From Macrostomum hystrix (Eukaryota; Animalia; Platyhelminthes): DNA of 64,000 bases. The notes under the pieces are model-generated. The model was not told the DNA's origin. It ran no database searches and saw only the letters and a program-made list of their open reading frames with translations. Numbering within the stretch: position 1 is the stretch's first letter; each line of letters opens with the position of its first letter. Shown here piece after piece: positions 1 through 12,929 of this stretch. The stretch spans positions 7,688,001 through 7,752,000 of the forward strand of contig CATNEN010000034.1 in NCBI GenBank assembly GCA_950097015.1, given 5' to 3'. The position numbers were made by a program, and so were the translations under genes.

Positions 1-420
1 CAACCGTGACTATAGAAATTTGAGTGACTGAACAGTGCTACTAGCTGTACATCAGGCCCAAACGGGCTAGGTATTCGTGTCAATTAAAAAAAATGATAAT
101 GATCTAATGAAAATTGGAGAGCTTGATCTAGGTCAAGGACCACTCAAAGACCAACCGTAGTATAACTGCAGCATGTTATACTACAGCATGGTCCTTGATC
201 TAGGTAACCTCTAGTACCTTCTTGTATAATGACCCAATTGTCTTGGAGTTGTAAAAAGCTGCTTCCCACGACCGCCTGCAAGATAGGTCGGGTTCACACT
301 GGAGCTGGTCTTGGGTAGGGTCGGTCCATCGATCGTTTCGGAACATGACACATCTTTAAAAAGAGCCAAATTCCTCGCATCGGCAGCAGCTGGGTCGTCG
401 AATTAGCGTTGGAGCACCAG

Positions 421-803
421 CAGCTAACACTGAATGCCAGCAGCTAACACTGAATGCCAGCAGCTAACACTGAATGCCAGCAGCTAACACTGAATGCCAG
501 CAGCTAACACTGAATGCCAGCAGCTAACACTGAATGCCAGCAGCTAACACTGAATGCCAGCAGCCAACACTGAATGCCAGCAGCCAACACTGAATGCCAG
601 CAGCTAACACTGAATGCCAGCAGCTAACACTGAATGCCAGCAGCCAACACTGAATGCCAGCAGCCAACACTGAATGCCAGCAGCTAACACTGAATGCCAG
701 CAGCTAACACTGAATGCCAGCAGCTAACACTGAATGCCAGCAGCCAACACTGAATGCCAGCAGCTAACACTGAATGCCAGCAGCTAACACTGAATGCCAG
801 CAG
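421..803. repeat. 20-bp minisatellite (CAGCTAACACTGAATGCCAG), about 19 copies
   Basis: Directly visible; only a T/C variant (cagct/cagcc). The last copies overlap the start of the 2247-bp array. Confidence 0.97.
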
Positions 804-1061
804 CCGCTTCTCTCTGAACGAGATCTTGCCGCACCCACAGCTCTATTCTCTACTCTACAGCTCCAGCTAGGGCAGTTGCGGACCCGACGGTTCGTTGACT
901 GTCTAACAGAAGACGCTATAAGGCACTTGATCAGCCAATGCACCCGTGCTGTTTTCATTTGTGCAGAGACTGCGAGTTAGCATGCAAATTGACAAAGTAC
1001 CCTTTCCTGACCTACTTAGTGACAAGCCGCGTACTGTGCACTTGCTGCATGTACTTGTGTT

Positions 1062-1335
1062 GTATCCATAACCCAGTGGTTAGAGCGTCGGACTCACGAC
1101 TTAAAGGTCGGAGGTTCGATTCCTAACTTCACTCGAACAATTCGGATCCTCTATCAATAAATTTACTTGTTAAGTTCACACTGGGTAATTGGGGTATGCC
1201 CCTAAAGCAAGGCGTCCCCCCCAGTCCATGGACTGAACAATTACTACTGAACTAGTCTATAGTGGTCCTCGGCACTGAAAAGCCGTACACAGCCTTCTGA
1301 TGCGCCGCGCAATGACTGCGACTGATCGAGTTTTT
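1062..1335 (+). mobile_element. tRNA-derived SINE, family A (also at +2247, +4494, +6741, +8988)
   Basis: A-box TGGTTAGAGCG (1077-1087) and B-box GGTTCGATTCC (1113-1123) at tRNA spacing. The anticodon, T and acceptor stems do not pair, and a non-tRNA body follows. The 3' end is approximate. Confidence 0.65.
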
Positions 1336-2094
1336 GGCTGTACATCTGACCTAATCGATTCTGGTGTAAATCAAATCAATCCTGTTTGGTAATAATTTGT
1401 CCATGTCAAATTCTCTCATCTCCGCAGCAGTATTGAACCAGAAATCACAGATTCATACAAGCAGCCATCGTGTTGGTGCCTTGCTTTCACTTTCACAGGA
1501 AGCTTCATCTTTATCGTCTTGAGCATCTCTTCTCGGCTTCCAACCAGAAGCCTTTGTCGGAGCTCTGCAGCCTATTGTGAATTCAAAATGGCAACTCTTG
1601 TTGTTGCTGTGTGGGACTGGGACTGGGACTCATTGCTTCATTCAATGTGCGCTAAACTCTGGAGAGCACAGGGTTGGTTGGACGCGATTGAGGTGAAAAA
1701 CTATTTTTTCTTTTCTTCTAATTGAGGAACCTGGAGCGGGAAAACCGGCTTCACCTCTCTCTCCTGCTCTTGCTGCCGGCTTATTCTTAAACTAGACTCT
1801 CGTCTCCAAGCCTTGAATCTGTTCAAATGTAAAGCCCCTTTTCAACAAAATGAGAAGACGGCTTGGTCGATGCCTGCAAAATTTACTTCGCGTATTATTG
1901 ACAGCGATTTTGCATAATGTCCTTGGCTAAAAATGCTTTGCTGATGCTTCTGCAACCTTTCTAGTTACATGGGCTAACAAATTATTCATTAAGGTCTGCT
2001 AAAAAAGACATTAGCGAGCAGAGTGAAAAAACTTTTCTTCACTGTTAGGGGAGACAGCTTGTCCAGTAAATAGTTGTTTACAATCATGCCCAAA

Positions 2095-2420
2095 AGGGGT
2101 AAGCGGTCTAAGAGTGGTCTAACGTGTTTGCCTCTCGTGCAAAGGTCCCTGAGCTCGATTCCGCGGCGAGGCCACATTAGTTTGGGGCGCAGCAGCGGAG
2201 AGAAGGCTTGGAGGCTTGTCATGCAGTTTACGTTTATTGAAGGCCAACCTCCAAGGCACAGTGAGAGTGTACACTGCCTGACCACGAGAATGTGTGCCTG
2301 CGTACAGTATCTGTGTGCGTGTGTGCTCAGGAGTCAGCGTATTGTGCAGAATTGCCTCCTCGCTGGCTGCGGGTCTAGTGTCACCAAATGATGTGCCATT
2401 GCCCGCAGCCCTCTTTCACA
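2095..2420 (+). mobile_element. tRNA-derived SINE, family B (also at +2247, +4494, +6741, +8988)
   Basis: A-box-like TGGTCTAACG (2115) and B-box-like GAGCTCGATTCC (2151). Dispersed homologous copies at ~29110-29500 (+) and ~54003-54195 (-) show it is an interspersed repeat. It ends in a stem-loop (2365-2410). Confidence 0.75.
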
Positions 2421-5400
2421 TTTTATGATTCTGAATCATTATGTCCAGATGGAATTAGTTTAATGATGTAAACAGCCGAATGAAAACATACAATTATGTT
2501 TGTCAACCGCTTCGTACAGTAAACAACATGAAAGGGACTATTAAATCTGTCATACTTTTAATTGACGTTGACAACAGAAATATTAGAATGACACTTGCAG
2601 CTCACAAACGTGTCGTTAATGAGCAATAACTGGCTATGGTTGTAGCAATTCATAATATATAGTACGCTTTCTCTCTCAGGATTGTCACAAGCATTTTGGC
2701 ACACCTGCGCTACCTCGGGGCATTAATACCGCTCGTGCATCCGAGCCAGGAAGGCAGGCGTGCGTATATACGAATTAGGATAACTACGAGCTATGTTTGT
2801 ACACATATTTTCAGTGGGAATTCAATTGTAACATTTCCTTCCAGCTCATTCCGATCTCGTCCGTCGGATTCGCTCACAAGTGGCACGCGTGCTCAGCTAG
2901 TATGCTTGTACGTTCCGATGGAGACAAAATACTTTCTGCATGGAATGTGAAGCCTCACTTTGAGGATCTGCATACCTTTCATCGCCCTGCCTACCCAGCT
3001 CACTTCAGCTTCAACACTGAATGCCAGCAGCTAACACTGAATGCCAGCAGCCGCTTCTCTCTGAACGAGATCTTGCCGCACCCACAGCTCTATTCTCTAC
3101 TCTACAGCTCCAGCTAGGGCAGTTGCGGACCCGACGGTTCGTTGACTGTCTAACAGAAGACGCTATAAGGCACTTGATCAGCCAATGCACCCGTGCTGTT
3201 TTCATTTGTGCAGAGACTGCGAGTTAGCATGCAAATTGACAAAGTACCCTTTCCTGACCTACTTAGTGACAAGCCGCGTACTGTGCACTTGCTGCATGTA
3301 CTTGTGTTGTATCCATAACCCAGTGGTTAGAGCGTCGGACTCACGACTTAAAGGTCGGAGGTTCGATTCCTAACTTCACTCGAACAATTCGGATCCTCTA
3401 TCAATAAATTTACTTGTTAAGTTCACACTGGGTAATTGGGGTATGCCCCTAAAGCAAGGCGTCCCCCCCAGTCCATGGACTGAACAATTACTACTGAACT
3501 AGTCTATAGTGGTCCTCGGCACTGAAAAGCCGTACACAGCCTTCTGATGCGCCGCGCAATGACTGCGACTGATCGAGTTTTTGGCTGTACATCTGACCTA
3601 ATCGATTCTGGTGTAAATCAAATCAATCCTGTTTGGTAATAATTTGTCCATGTCAAATTCTCTCATCTCCGCAGCAGTATTGAACCAGAAATCACAGATT
3701 CATACAAGCAGCCATCGTGTTGGTGCCTTGCTTTCACTTTCACAGGAAGCTTCATCTTTATCGTCTTGAGCATCTCTTCTCGGCTTCCAACCAGAAGCCT
3801 TTGTCGGAGCTCTGCAGCTTATTGTGAATTCAAAATGGCAACTCTTGTTGTTGCTGTGTGGGACTGGGACTGGGACTCATTGCTTCATTCAATGTGCGCT
3901 AAACTCTGGAGAGCACAGGGTTGGTTGGACGCGATTGAGGTGAAAAACTATTTTTTCTTTTCTTCTAATTGAGGAACCTGGAGCGGGAAAACCGGCTTCA
4001 CCTCTCTCTCCTGCTCTTGCTGCCGGCTTATTCTTAAACTAGACTCTCGTCTCCAAGCCTTGAATCTGTTCAAATGTAAAGCCCCTTTTCAACAAAATGA
4101 GAAGACGGCTTGGTCGATGCCTGCAAAATTTACTTCGCGTATTATTGACAGCGATTTTGCATAATGTCCTTGGCTAAAAATGCTTTGCTGATGCTTCTGC
4201 AACCTTTCTAGTTACATGGGCTAACAAATTATTCATTAAGGTCTGCTAAAAAAGACATTAGCGAGCAGAGTGAAAAAACTTTTCTTCACTGTTAGGGGAG
4301 ACAGCTTGTCCAGTAAATAGTTGTTTACAATCATGCCCAAAAGGGGTAAGCGGTCTAAGAGTGGTCTAACGTGTTTGCCTCTCGTGCAAAGGTCCCTGAG
4401 CTCGATTCCGCGGCGAGGCCACATTAGTTTGGGGCGCAGCAGCGGAGAGAAGGCTTGGAGGCTTGTCATGCAGTTTACGTTTATTGAAGGCCAACCTCCA
4501 AGGCACAGTGAGAGTGTACACTGCCTGACCACGAGAATGTGTGCCTGCGTACAGTATCTGTGTGCGTGTGTGCTCAGGAGTCAGCGTATTGTGCAGAATT
4601 GCCTCCTCGCTGGCTGCGGGTCTAGTGTCACCAAATGATGTGCCATTGCCCGCAGCCCTCTTTCACATTTTATGATTCTGAATCATTATGTCCAGATGGA
4701 ATTAGTTTAATGATGTAAACAGCCGAATGAAAACATACAATTATGTTTGTCAACCGCTTCGTACAGTAAACAACATGAAAGGGACTATTAAATCTGTCAT
4801 ACTTTTAATTGACGTTGACAACAGAAATATTAGAATGACACTTGCAGCTCACAAACGTGTCGTTAATGAGCAATAACTGGCTATGGTTGTAGCAATTCAT
4901 AATATATAGTACGCTTTCTCTCTCAGGATTGTCACAAGCATTTTGGCACACCTGCGCTACCTCGGGGCATTAATACCGCTCGTGCATCCGAGCCAGGAAG
5001 GCAGGCGTGCGTATATACGAATTAGGATAACTACGAGCTATGTTTGTACACATATTTTCAGTGGGAATTCAATTGTAACATTTCCTTCCAGCTCATTCCG
5101 ATCTCGTCCGTCGGATTCGCTCACAAGTGGCACGCGTGCTCAGCTAGTATGCTTGTACGTTCCGATGGAGACAAAATACTTTCTGCATGGAATGTGAAGC
5201 CTCACTTTGAGGATCTGCATACCTTTCATCGCCCTGCCTACCCAGCTCACTTCAGCTTCAACACTGAATGCCAGCAGCTAACACTGAATGCCAGCAGCCG
5301 CTTCTCTCTGAACGAGATCTTGCCGCACCCACAGCTCTATTCTCTACTCTACAGCTCCAGCTAGGGCAGTTGCGGACCCGACGGTTCGTTGACTGTCTAA

Positions 5401-8400
5401 CAGAAGACGCTATAAGGCACTTGATCAGCCAATGCACCCGTGCTGTTTTCATTTGTGCAGAGACTGCGAGTTAGCATGCAAATTGACAAAGTACCCTTTC
5501 CTGACCTACTTAGTGACAAGCCGCGTACTGTGCACTTGCTGCATGTACTTGTGTTGTATCCATAACCCAGTGGTTAGAGCGTCGGACTCACGACTTAAAG
5601 GTCGGAGGTTCGATTCCTAACTTCACTCGAACAATTCGGATCCTCTATCAATAAATTTACTTGTTAAGTTCACACTGGGTAATTGGGGTATGCCCCTAAA
5701 GCAAGGCGTCCCCCCCAGTCCATGGACTGAACAATTACTACTGAACTAGTCTATAGTGGTCCTCGGCACTGAAAAGCCGTACACAGCCTTCTGATGCGCC
5801 GCGCAATGACTGCGACTGATCGAGTTTTTGGCTGTACATCTGACCTAATCGATTCTGGTGTAAATCAAATCAATCCTGTTTGGTAATAATTTGTCCATGT
5901 CAAATTCTCTCATCTCCGCAGCAGTATTGAACCAGAAATCACAGATTCATACAAGCAGCCATCGTGTTGGTGCCTTGCTTTCACTTTCACAGGAAGCTTC
6001 ATCTTTATCGTCTTGAGCATCTCTTCTCGGCTTCCAACCAGAAGCCTTTGTCGGAGCTCTGCAGCTTATTGTGAATTCAAAATGGCAACTCTTGTTGTTG
6101 CTGTGTGGGACTGGGACTGGGACTCATTGCTTCATTCAATGTGCGCTAAACTCTGGAGAGCACAGGGTTGGTTGGACGCGATTGAGGTGAAAAACTATTT
6201 TTTCTTTTCTTCTAATTGAGGAACCTGGAGCGGGAAAACCGGCTTCACCTCTCTCTCCTGCTCTTGCTGCCGGCTTATTCTTAAACTAGACTCTCGTCTC
6301 CAAGCCTTGAATCTGTTCAAATGTAAAGCCCCTTTTCAACAAAATGAGAAGACGGCTTGGTCGATGCCTGCAAAATTTACTTCGCGTATTATTGACAGCG
6401 ATTTTGCATAATGTCCTTGGCTAAAAATGCTTTGCTGATGCTTCTGCAACCTTTCTAGTTACATGGGCTAACAAATTATTCATTAAGGTCTGCTAAAAAA
6501 GACATTAGCGAGCAGAGTGAAAAAACTTTTCTTCACTGTTAGGGGAGACAGCTTGTCCAGTAAATAGTTGTTTACAATCATGCCCAAAAGGGGTAAGCGG
6601 TCTAAGAGTGGTCTAACGTGTTTGCCTCTCGTGCAAAGGTCCCTGAGCTCGATTCCGCGGCGAGGCCACATTAGTTTGGGGCGCAGCAGCGGAGAGAAGG
6701 CTTGGAGGCTTGTCATGCAGTTTACGTTTATTGAAGGCCAACCTCCAAGGCACAGTGAGAGTGTACACTGCCTGACCACGAGAATGTGTGCCTGCGTACA
6801 GTATCTGTGTGCGTGTGTGCTCAGGAGTCAGCGTATTGTGCAGAATTGCCTCCTCGCTGGCTGCGGGTCTAGTGTCACCAAATGATGTGCCATTGCCCGC
6901 AGCCCTCTTTCACATTTTATGATTCTGAATCATTATGTCCAGATGGAATTAGTTTAATGATGTAAACAGCCGAATGAAAACATACAATTATGTTTGTCAA
7001 CCGCTTCGTACAGTAAACAACATGAAAGGGACTATTAAATCTGTCATACTTTTAATTGACGTTGACAACAGAAATATTAGAATGACACTTGCAGCTCACA
7101 AACGTGTCGTTAATGAGCAATAACTGGCTATGGTTGTAGCAATTCATAATATATAGTACGCTTTCTCTCTCAGGATTGTCACAAGCATTTTGGCACACCT
7201 GCGCTACCTCGGGGCATTAATACCGCTCGTGCATCCGAGCCAGGAAGGCAGGCGTGCGTATATACGAATTAGGATAACTACGAGCTATGTTTGTACACAT
7301 ATTTTCAGTGGGAATTCAATTGTAACATTTCCTTCCAGCTCATTCCGATCTCGTCCGTCGGATTCGCTCACAAGTGGCACGCGTGCTCAGCTAGTATGCT
7401 TGTACGTTCCGATGGAGACAAAATACTTTCTGCATGGAATGTGAAGCCTCACTTTGAGGATCTGCATACCTTTCATCGCCCTGCCTACCCAGCTCACTTC
7501 AGCTTCAACACTGAATGCCAGCAGCTAACACTGAATGCCAGCAGCCGCTTCTCTCTGAACGAGATCTTGCCGCACCCACAGCTCTATTCTCTACTCTACA
7601 GCTCCAGCTAGGGCAGTTGCGGACCCGACGGTTCGTTGACTGTCTAACAGAAGACGCTATAAGGCACTTGATCAGCCAATGCACCCGTGCTGTTTTCATT
7701 TGTGCAGAGACTGCGAGTTAGCATGCAAATTGACAAAGTACCCTTTCCTGACCTACTTAGTGACAAGCCGCGTACTGTGCACTTGCTGCATGTACTTGTG
7801 TTGTATCCATAACCCAGTGGTTAGAGCGTCGGACTCACGACTTAAAGGTCGGAGGTTCGATTCCTAACTTCACTCGAACAATTCGGATCCTCTATCAATA
7901 AATTTACTTGTTAAGTTCACACTGGGTAATTGGGGTATGCCCCTAAAGCAAGGCGTCCCCCCCAGTCCATGGACTGAACAATTACTACTGAACTAGTCTA
8001 TAGTGGTCCTCGGCACTGAAAAGCCGTACACAGCCTTCTGATGCGCCGCGCAATGACTGCGACTGATCGAGTTTTTGGCTGTACATCTGACCTAATCGAT
8101 TCTGGTGTAAATCAAATCAATCCTGTTTGGTAATAATTTGTCCATGTCAAATTCTCTCATCTCCGCAGCAGTATTGAACCAGAAATCACAGATTCATACA
8201 AGCAGCCATCGTGTTGGTGCCTTGCTTTCACTTTCACAGGAAGCTTCATCTTTATCGTCTTGAGCATCTCTTCTCGGCTTCCAACCAGAAGCCTTTGTCG
8301 GAGCTCTGCAGCCTATTGTGAATTCAAAATGGCAACTCTTGTTGTTGCTGTGTGGGACTGGGACTGGGACTCATTGCTTCATTCAATGTGCGCTAAACTC

Positions 8401-11400
8401 TGGAGAGCACAGGGTTGGTTGGACGCGATTGAGGTGAAAAACTATTTTTTCTTTTCTTCTAATTGAGGAACCTGGAGCGGGAAAACCGGCTTCACCTCTC
8501 TCTCCTGCTCTTGCTGCCGGCTTATTCTTAAACTAGACTCTCGTCTCCAAGCCTTGAATCTGTTCAAATGTAAAGCCCCTTTTCAACAAAATGAGAAGAC
8601 GGCTTGGTCGATGCCTGCAAAATTTACTTCGCGTATTATTGACAGCGATTTTGCATAATGTCCTTGGCTAAAAATGCTTTGCTGATGCTTCTGCAACCTT
8701 TCTAGTTACATGGGCTAACAAATTATTCATTAAGGTCTGCTAAAAAAGACATTAGCGAGCAGAGTGAAAAAACTTTTCTTCACTGTTAGGGGAGACAGCT
8801 TGTCCAGTAAATAGTTGTTTACAATCATGCCCAAAAGGGGTAAGCGGTCTAAGAGTGGTCTAACGTGTTTGCCTCTCGTGCAAAGGTCCCTGAGCTCGAT
8901 TCCGCGGCGAGGCCACATTAGTTTGGGGCGCAGCAGCGGAGAGAAGGCTTGGAGGCTTGTCATGCAGTTTACGTTTATTGAAGGCCAACCTCCAAGGCAC
9001 AGTGAGAGTGTACACTGCCTGACCACGAGAATGTGTGCCTGCGTACAGTATCTGTGTGCGTGTGTGCTCAGGAGTCAGCGTATTGTGCAGAATTGCCTCC
9101 TCGCTGGCTGCGGGTCTAGTGTCACCAAATGATGTGCCATTGCCCGCAGCCCTCTTTCACATTTTATGATTCTGAATCATTATGTCCAGATGGAATTAGT
9201 TTAATGATGTAAACAGCCGAATGAAAACATACAATTATGTTTGTCAACCGCTTCGTACAGTAAACAACATGAAAGGGACTATTAAATCTGTCATACTTTT
9301 AATTGACGTTGACAACAGAAATATTAGAATGACACTTGCAGCTCACAAACGTGTCGTTAATGAGCAATAACTGGCTATGGTTGTAGCAATTCATAATATA
9401 TAGTACGCTTTCTCTCTCAGGATTGTCACAAGCATTTTGGCACACCTGCGCTACCTCGGGGCATTAATACCGCTCGTGCATCCGAGCCAGGAAGGCAGGC
9501 GTGCGTATATACGAATTAGGATAACTACGAGCTATGTTTGTACACATATTTTCAGTGGGAATTCAATTGTAACATTTCCTTCCAGCTCATTCCGATCTCG
9601 TCCGTCGGATTCGCTCACAAGTGGCACGCGTGCTCAGCTAGTATGCTTGTACGTTCCGATGGAGACAAAATACTTTCTGCATGGAATGTGAAGCCTCACT
9701 TTGAGGATCTGCATACCTTTCATCGCCCTGCCTACCCAGCTCACTTCAGCTTCAACACTGAATGCCAGCAGCTAACACTGAATGCCAGCAGCCGCTTCTC
9801 TCTGAACGAGATCTTGCCGCACCCACAGCTCTATTCTCTACTCTACAGCTCCAGCTAGGGCAGTTGCGGACCCGACGGTTCGTTGACTGTCTAACAGAAG
9901 ACGCTATAAGGCACTTGATCAGCCAATGCACCCGTGCTGTTTTCATTTGTGCAGAGACTGCGAGTTAGCATGCAAATTGACAAAGTACCCTTTCCTGACC
10001 TACTTAGTGACAAGCCGCGTACTGTGCACTTGCTGCATGTACTTGTGTTGTATCCATAACCCAGTGGTTAGAGCGTCGGACTCACGACTTAAAGGTCGGA
10101 GGTTCGATTCCTAACTTCACTCGAACAATTCGGATCCTCTATCAATAAATTTACTTGTTAAGTTCACACTGGGTAATTGGGGTATGCCCCTAAAGCAAGG
10201 CGTCCCCCCCAGTCCATGGACTGAACAATTACTACTGAACTAGTCTATAGTGGTCCTCGGCACTGAAAAGCCGTACACAGCCTTCTGATGCGCCGCGCAA
10301 TGACTGCGACTGATCGAGTTTTTGGCTGTACATCTGACCTAATCGATTCTGGTGTAAATCAAATCAATCCTGTTTGGTAATAATTTGTCCATGTCAAATT
10401 CTCTCATCTCCGCAGCAGTATTGAACCAGAAATCACAGATTCATACAAGCAGCCATCGTGTTGGTGCCTTGCTTTCACTTTCACAGGAAGCTTCATCTTT
10501 ATCGTCTTGAGCATCTCTTCTCGGCTTCCAACCAGAAGCCTTTGTCGGAGCTCTGCAGCCTATTGTGAATTCAAAATGGCAACTCTTGTTGTTGCTGTGT
10601 GGGACTGGGACTGGGACTCATTGCTTCATTCAATGTGCGCTAAACTCTGGAGAGCACAGGGTTGGTTGGACGCGATTGAGGTGAAAAACTATTTTTTCTT
10701 TTCTTCTAATTGAGGAACCTGGAGCGGGAAAACCGGCTTCACCTCTCTCTCCTGCTCTTGCTGCCGGCTTATTCTTAAACTAGACTCTCGTCTCCAAGCC
10801 TTGAATCTGTTCAAATGTAAAGCCCCTTTTCAACAAAATGAGAAGACGGCTTGGTCGATGCCTGCAAAATTTACTTCGCGTATTATTGACAGCGATTTTG
10901 CATAATGTCCTTGGCTAAAAATGCTTTGCTGATGCTTCTGCAACCTTTCTAGTTACATGGGCTAACAAATTATTCATTAAGGTCTGCTAAAAAAGACATT
11001 AGCGAGCAGAGTGAAAAAACTTTTCTTCACTGTTAGGGGAGACAGCTTGTCCAGTAAATAGTTGTTTACAATCATGCCCAAAAGGGGTAAGCGGTCTAAG
11101 AGTGGTCTAACGTGTTTGCCTCTCGTGCAAAGGTCCCTGAGCTCGATTCCGCGGCGAGGCCACATTAGTTTGGGGCGCAGCAGCGGAGAGAAGGCTTGGA
11201 GGCTTGTCATGCAGTTTACGTTTATTGAAGGCCAACCTCCAAGGCACAGTGAGAGTGTACACTGCCTGACCACGAGAATGTGTGCCTGCGTACAGTATCT
11301 GTGTGCGTGTGTGCTCAGGAGTCAGCGTATTGTGCAGAATTGCCTCCTCGCTGGCTGCGGGTCTAGTGTCACCAAATGATGTGCCATTGCCCGCAGCCCT

Positions 11401-12929
11401 CTTTCACATTTTATGATTCTGAATCATTATGTCCAGATGGAATTAGTTTAATGATGTAAACAGCCGAATGAAAACATACAATTATGTTTGTCAACCGCTT
11501 CGTACAGTAAACAACAAGAAAGGGACTATTAAATCTGTCATACTTTTAATTGACGTTGACAACAGAAATATTAGAATGACACTTGCAGCTCACAAACGTG
11601 TCGTTAATGAGCAATAACTGGCTATGGTTGTAGCAATTCATAATATATAGTACGCTTTCTCTCTCAGGATTGTCACAAGCATTTTGGCACACCTGCGCTA
11701 CCTCGGGGCATTAATACCGCTCGTGCATCCGAGCCAGGAAGGCAGGCGTGCGTATATACGAATTAGGATAACTACGAGCTATGTTTGTACACATATTTTC
11801 AGTGGGAATTCAATTGTAACATTTCCTTCCAGCTCATTCCGATCTCGTCCGTCGGATTCGCTCACAAGTGGCACGCGTGCTCAGCTAGTATGCTTGTACG
11901 TTCCGATGGAGACAAAATACTTTCTGCATGGAATGTGAAGCCTCACTTTGAGGATCTGCATACCTTTCATCGCCCTGCCTACCCAGCTCACTTCAGCTTC
12001 CCAAAGCTGTCTCTCTCTCTCTCTATCCCAATCTCTCCGTGGAAGATAGACCTTTAAGAAGGAGGGCCATTTTCCACTTAAGAAGACCGGGAGCTGGCAG
12101 TCAAGCAAGGCAGAAAAAACAAGAGGATGATGATGCTGCTGCTTGGGCTGAATCTCGTGGCATCCGTCTCATAGATCTTATTGCAGAGGTTACAGAAAGC
12201 AGTTGCGTGCAGAAATTTTCATTTCATTCTCCAAGCCCTCTCCAAGTCGCCCGATCAGTCCTGAAAAAATGGCAAAAGCAGCGGAGTTAAGAAGGCCAAC
12301 AATAAAGGACTCCGCAGGCCCTGATCGCTTCTGGCTGGAGTCTGCTTGCATTTTCAGAGCTCGCAATTAGAGTTCAACTCGTAGCCTGCTTAGTCAACCG
12401 AGATGAGCTTGCATAGAATAGTAACTTTGAAAAGTCGAATCAACCGCGGCATGCATTTTTTAAGTCTCTTCATACTCAAGTACGGGTCTTTCATCTAATA
12501 TATTCCTGTCATAGGGTGCTATTGGAATGGATTAGAAATGACAATAAGAGTTGAGAATATATAGCTCTGAGCATTCACAATCCTTGAATTGCGGGATTGG
12601 GCATGCTATTATAGGAGCATCAGAACAATGAGCGTCTATTCCCAATACAGCTATTGCCGCCAGCGTTCCACCAAAAACTCCCAACCTTCTGTCAATCTGA
12701 ATAATTGGTATTGCCTTACCATTCCTAGACACTCCCTATTATCCCTCCCCAATCGAATGGGCGCATTGTAGTTTCCCGTACTTAGACAATTGGACTGAAA
12801 TGATTCTGCATCGCCAAACAAAATGCTAGCGAACCCATTCTAAGTACTGCTGTACTGTTAGCTCGGGTTGTCGCAACTGAAAAAAAATTTTAATCGTACT
12901 CCAGTGCGCCTGTGATTCACAAGTGCGCT

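Larger units (their letters stand above)
766..12000. repeat. Tandem array of five near-identical 2247-bp units
   Basis: The ORF track recurs at an exact 2247 offset. Units start at 766, 3013, 5260, 7507 and 9754, and unit 5 ends at 12000. Differences seen: C/T at 1572/3819/6066/8313/10560 (C,T,T,C,C) and T>A at 11517. Confidence 0.97.

Noticed and set aside
421-803. Resemblance of CTAACACTG..AATGCC to the 5' part of a twister ribozyme
   Set aside because: The rest of the twister core and the pseudoknot partners are absent; it is a plain 20-bp repeat.
1062-1135. Functional tRNA gene (apparent CAC anticodon)
   Set aside because: The anticodon stem (TCGGA/CTTAA), T stem (GGAGG/CCTAA) and acceptor stem do not pair; treated as a SINE head.
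766-12000. Tandem snRNA, SL RNA or 5S rRNA gene array
   Set aside because: No U1, U2, U4, U5, U6, 5S or flatworm SL sequence was recognised. ATCTCTTCTCGGC at ~1526 resembles the U2 5' end but lacks the branch-point pairing region.
764-12057. Short ORFs (62-106 aa) repeated in every 2247-bp unit
   Set aside because: No recognisable domains, several non-ATG starts, overlapping frames, and some run through SINE sequence. They recur only because the DNA is duplicated.
12039-12771. Possible retroelement coding remnants right of the array
   Set aside because: Only a vague VLG.DAH resemblance to an endonuclease motif; not enough to support a call.
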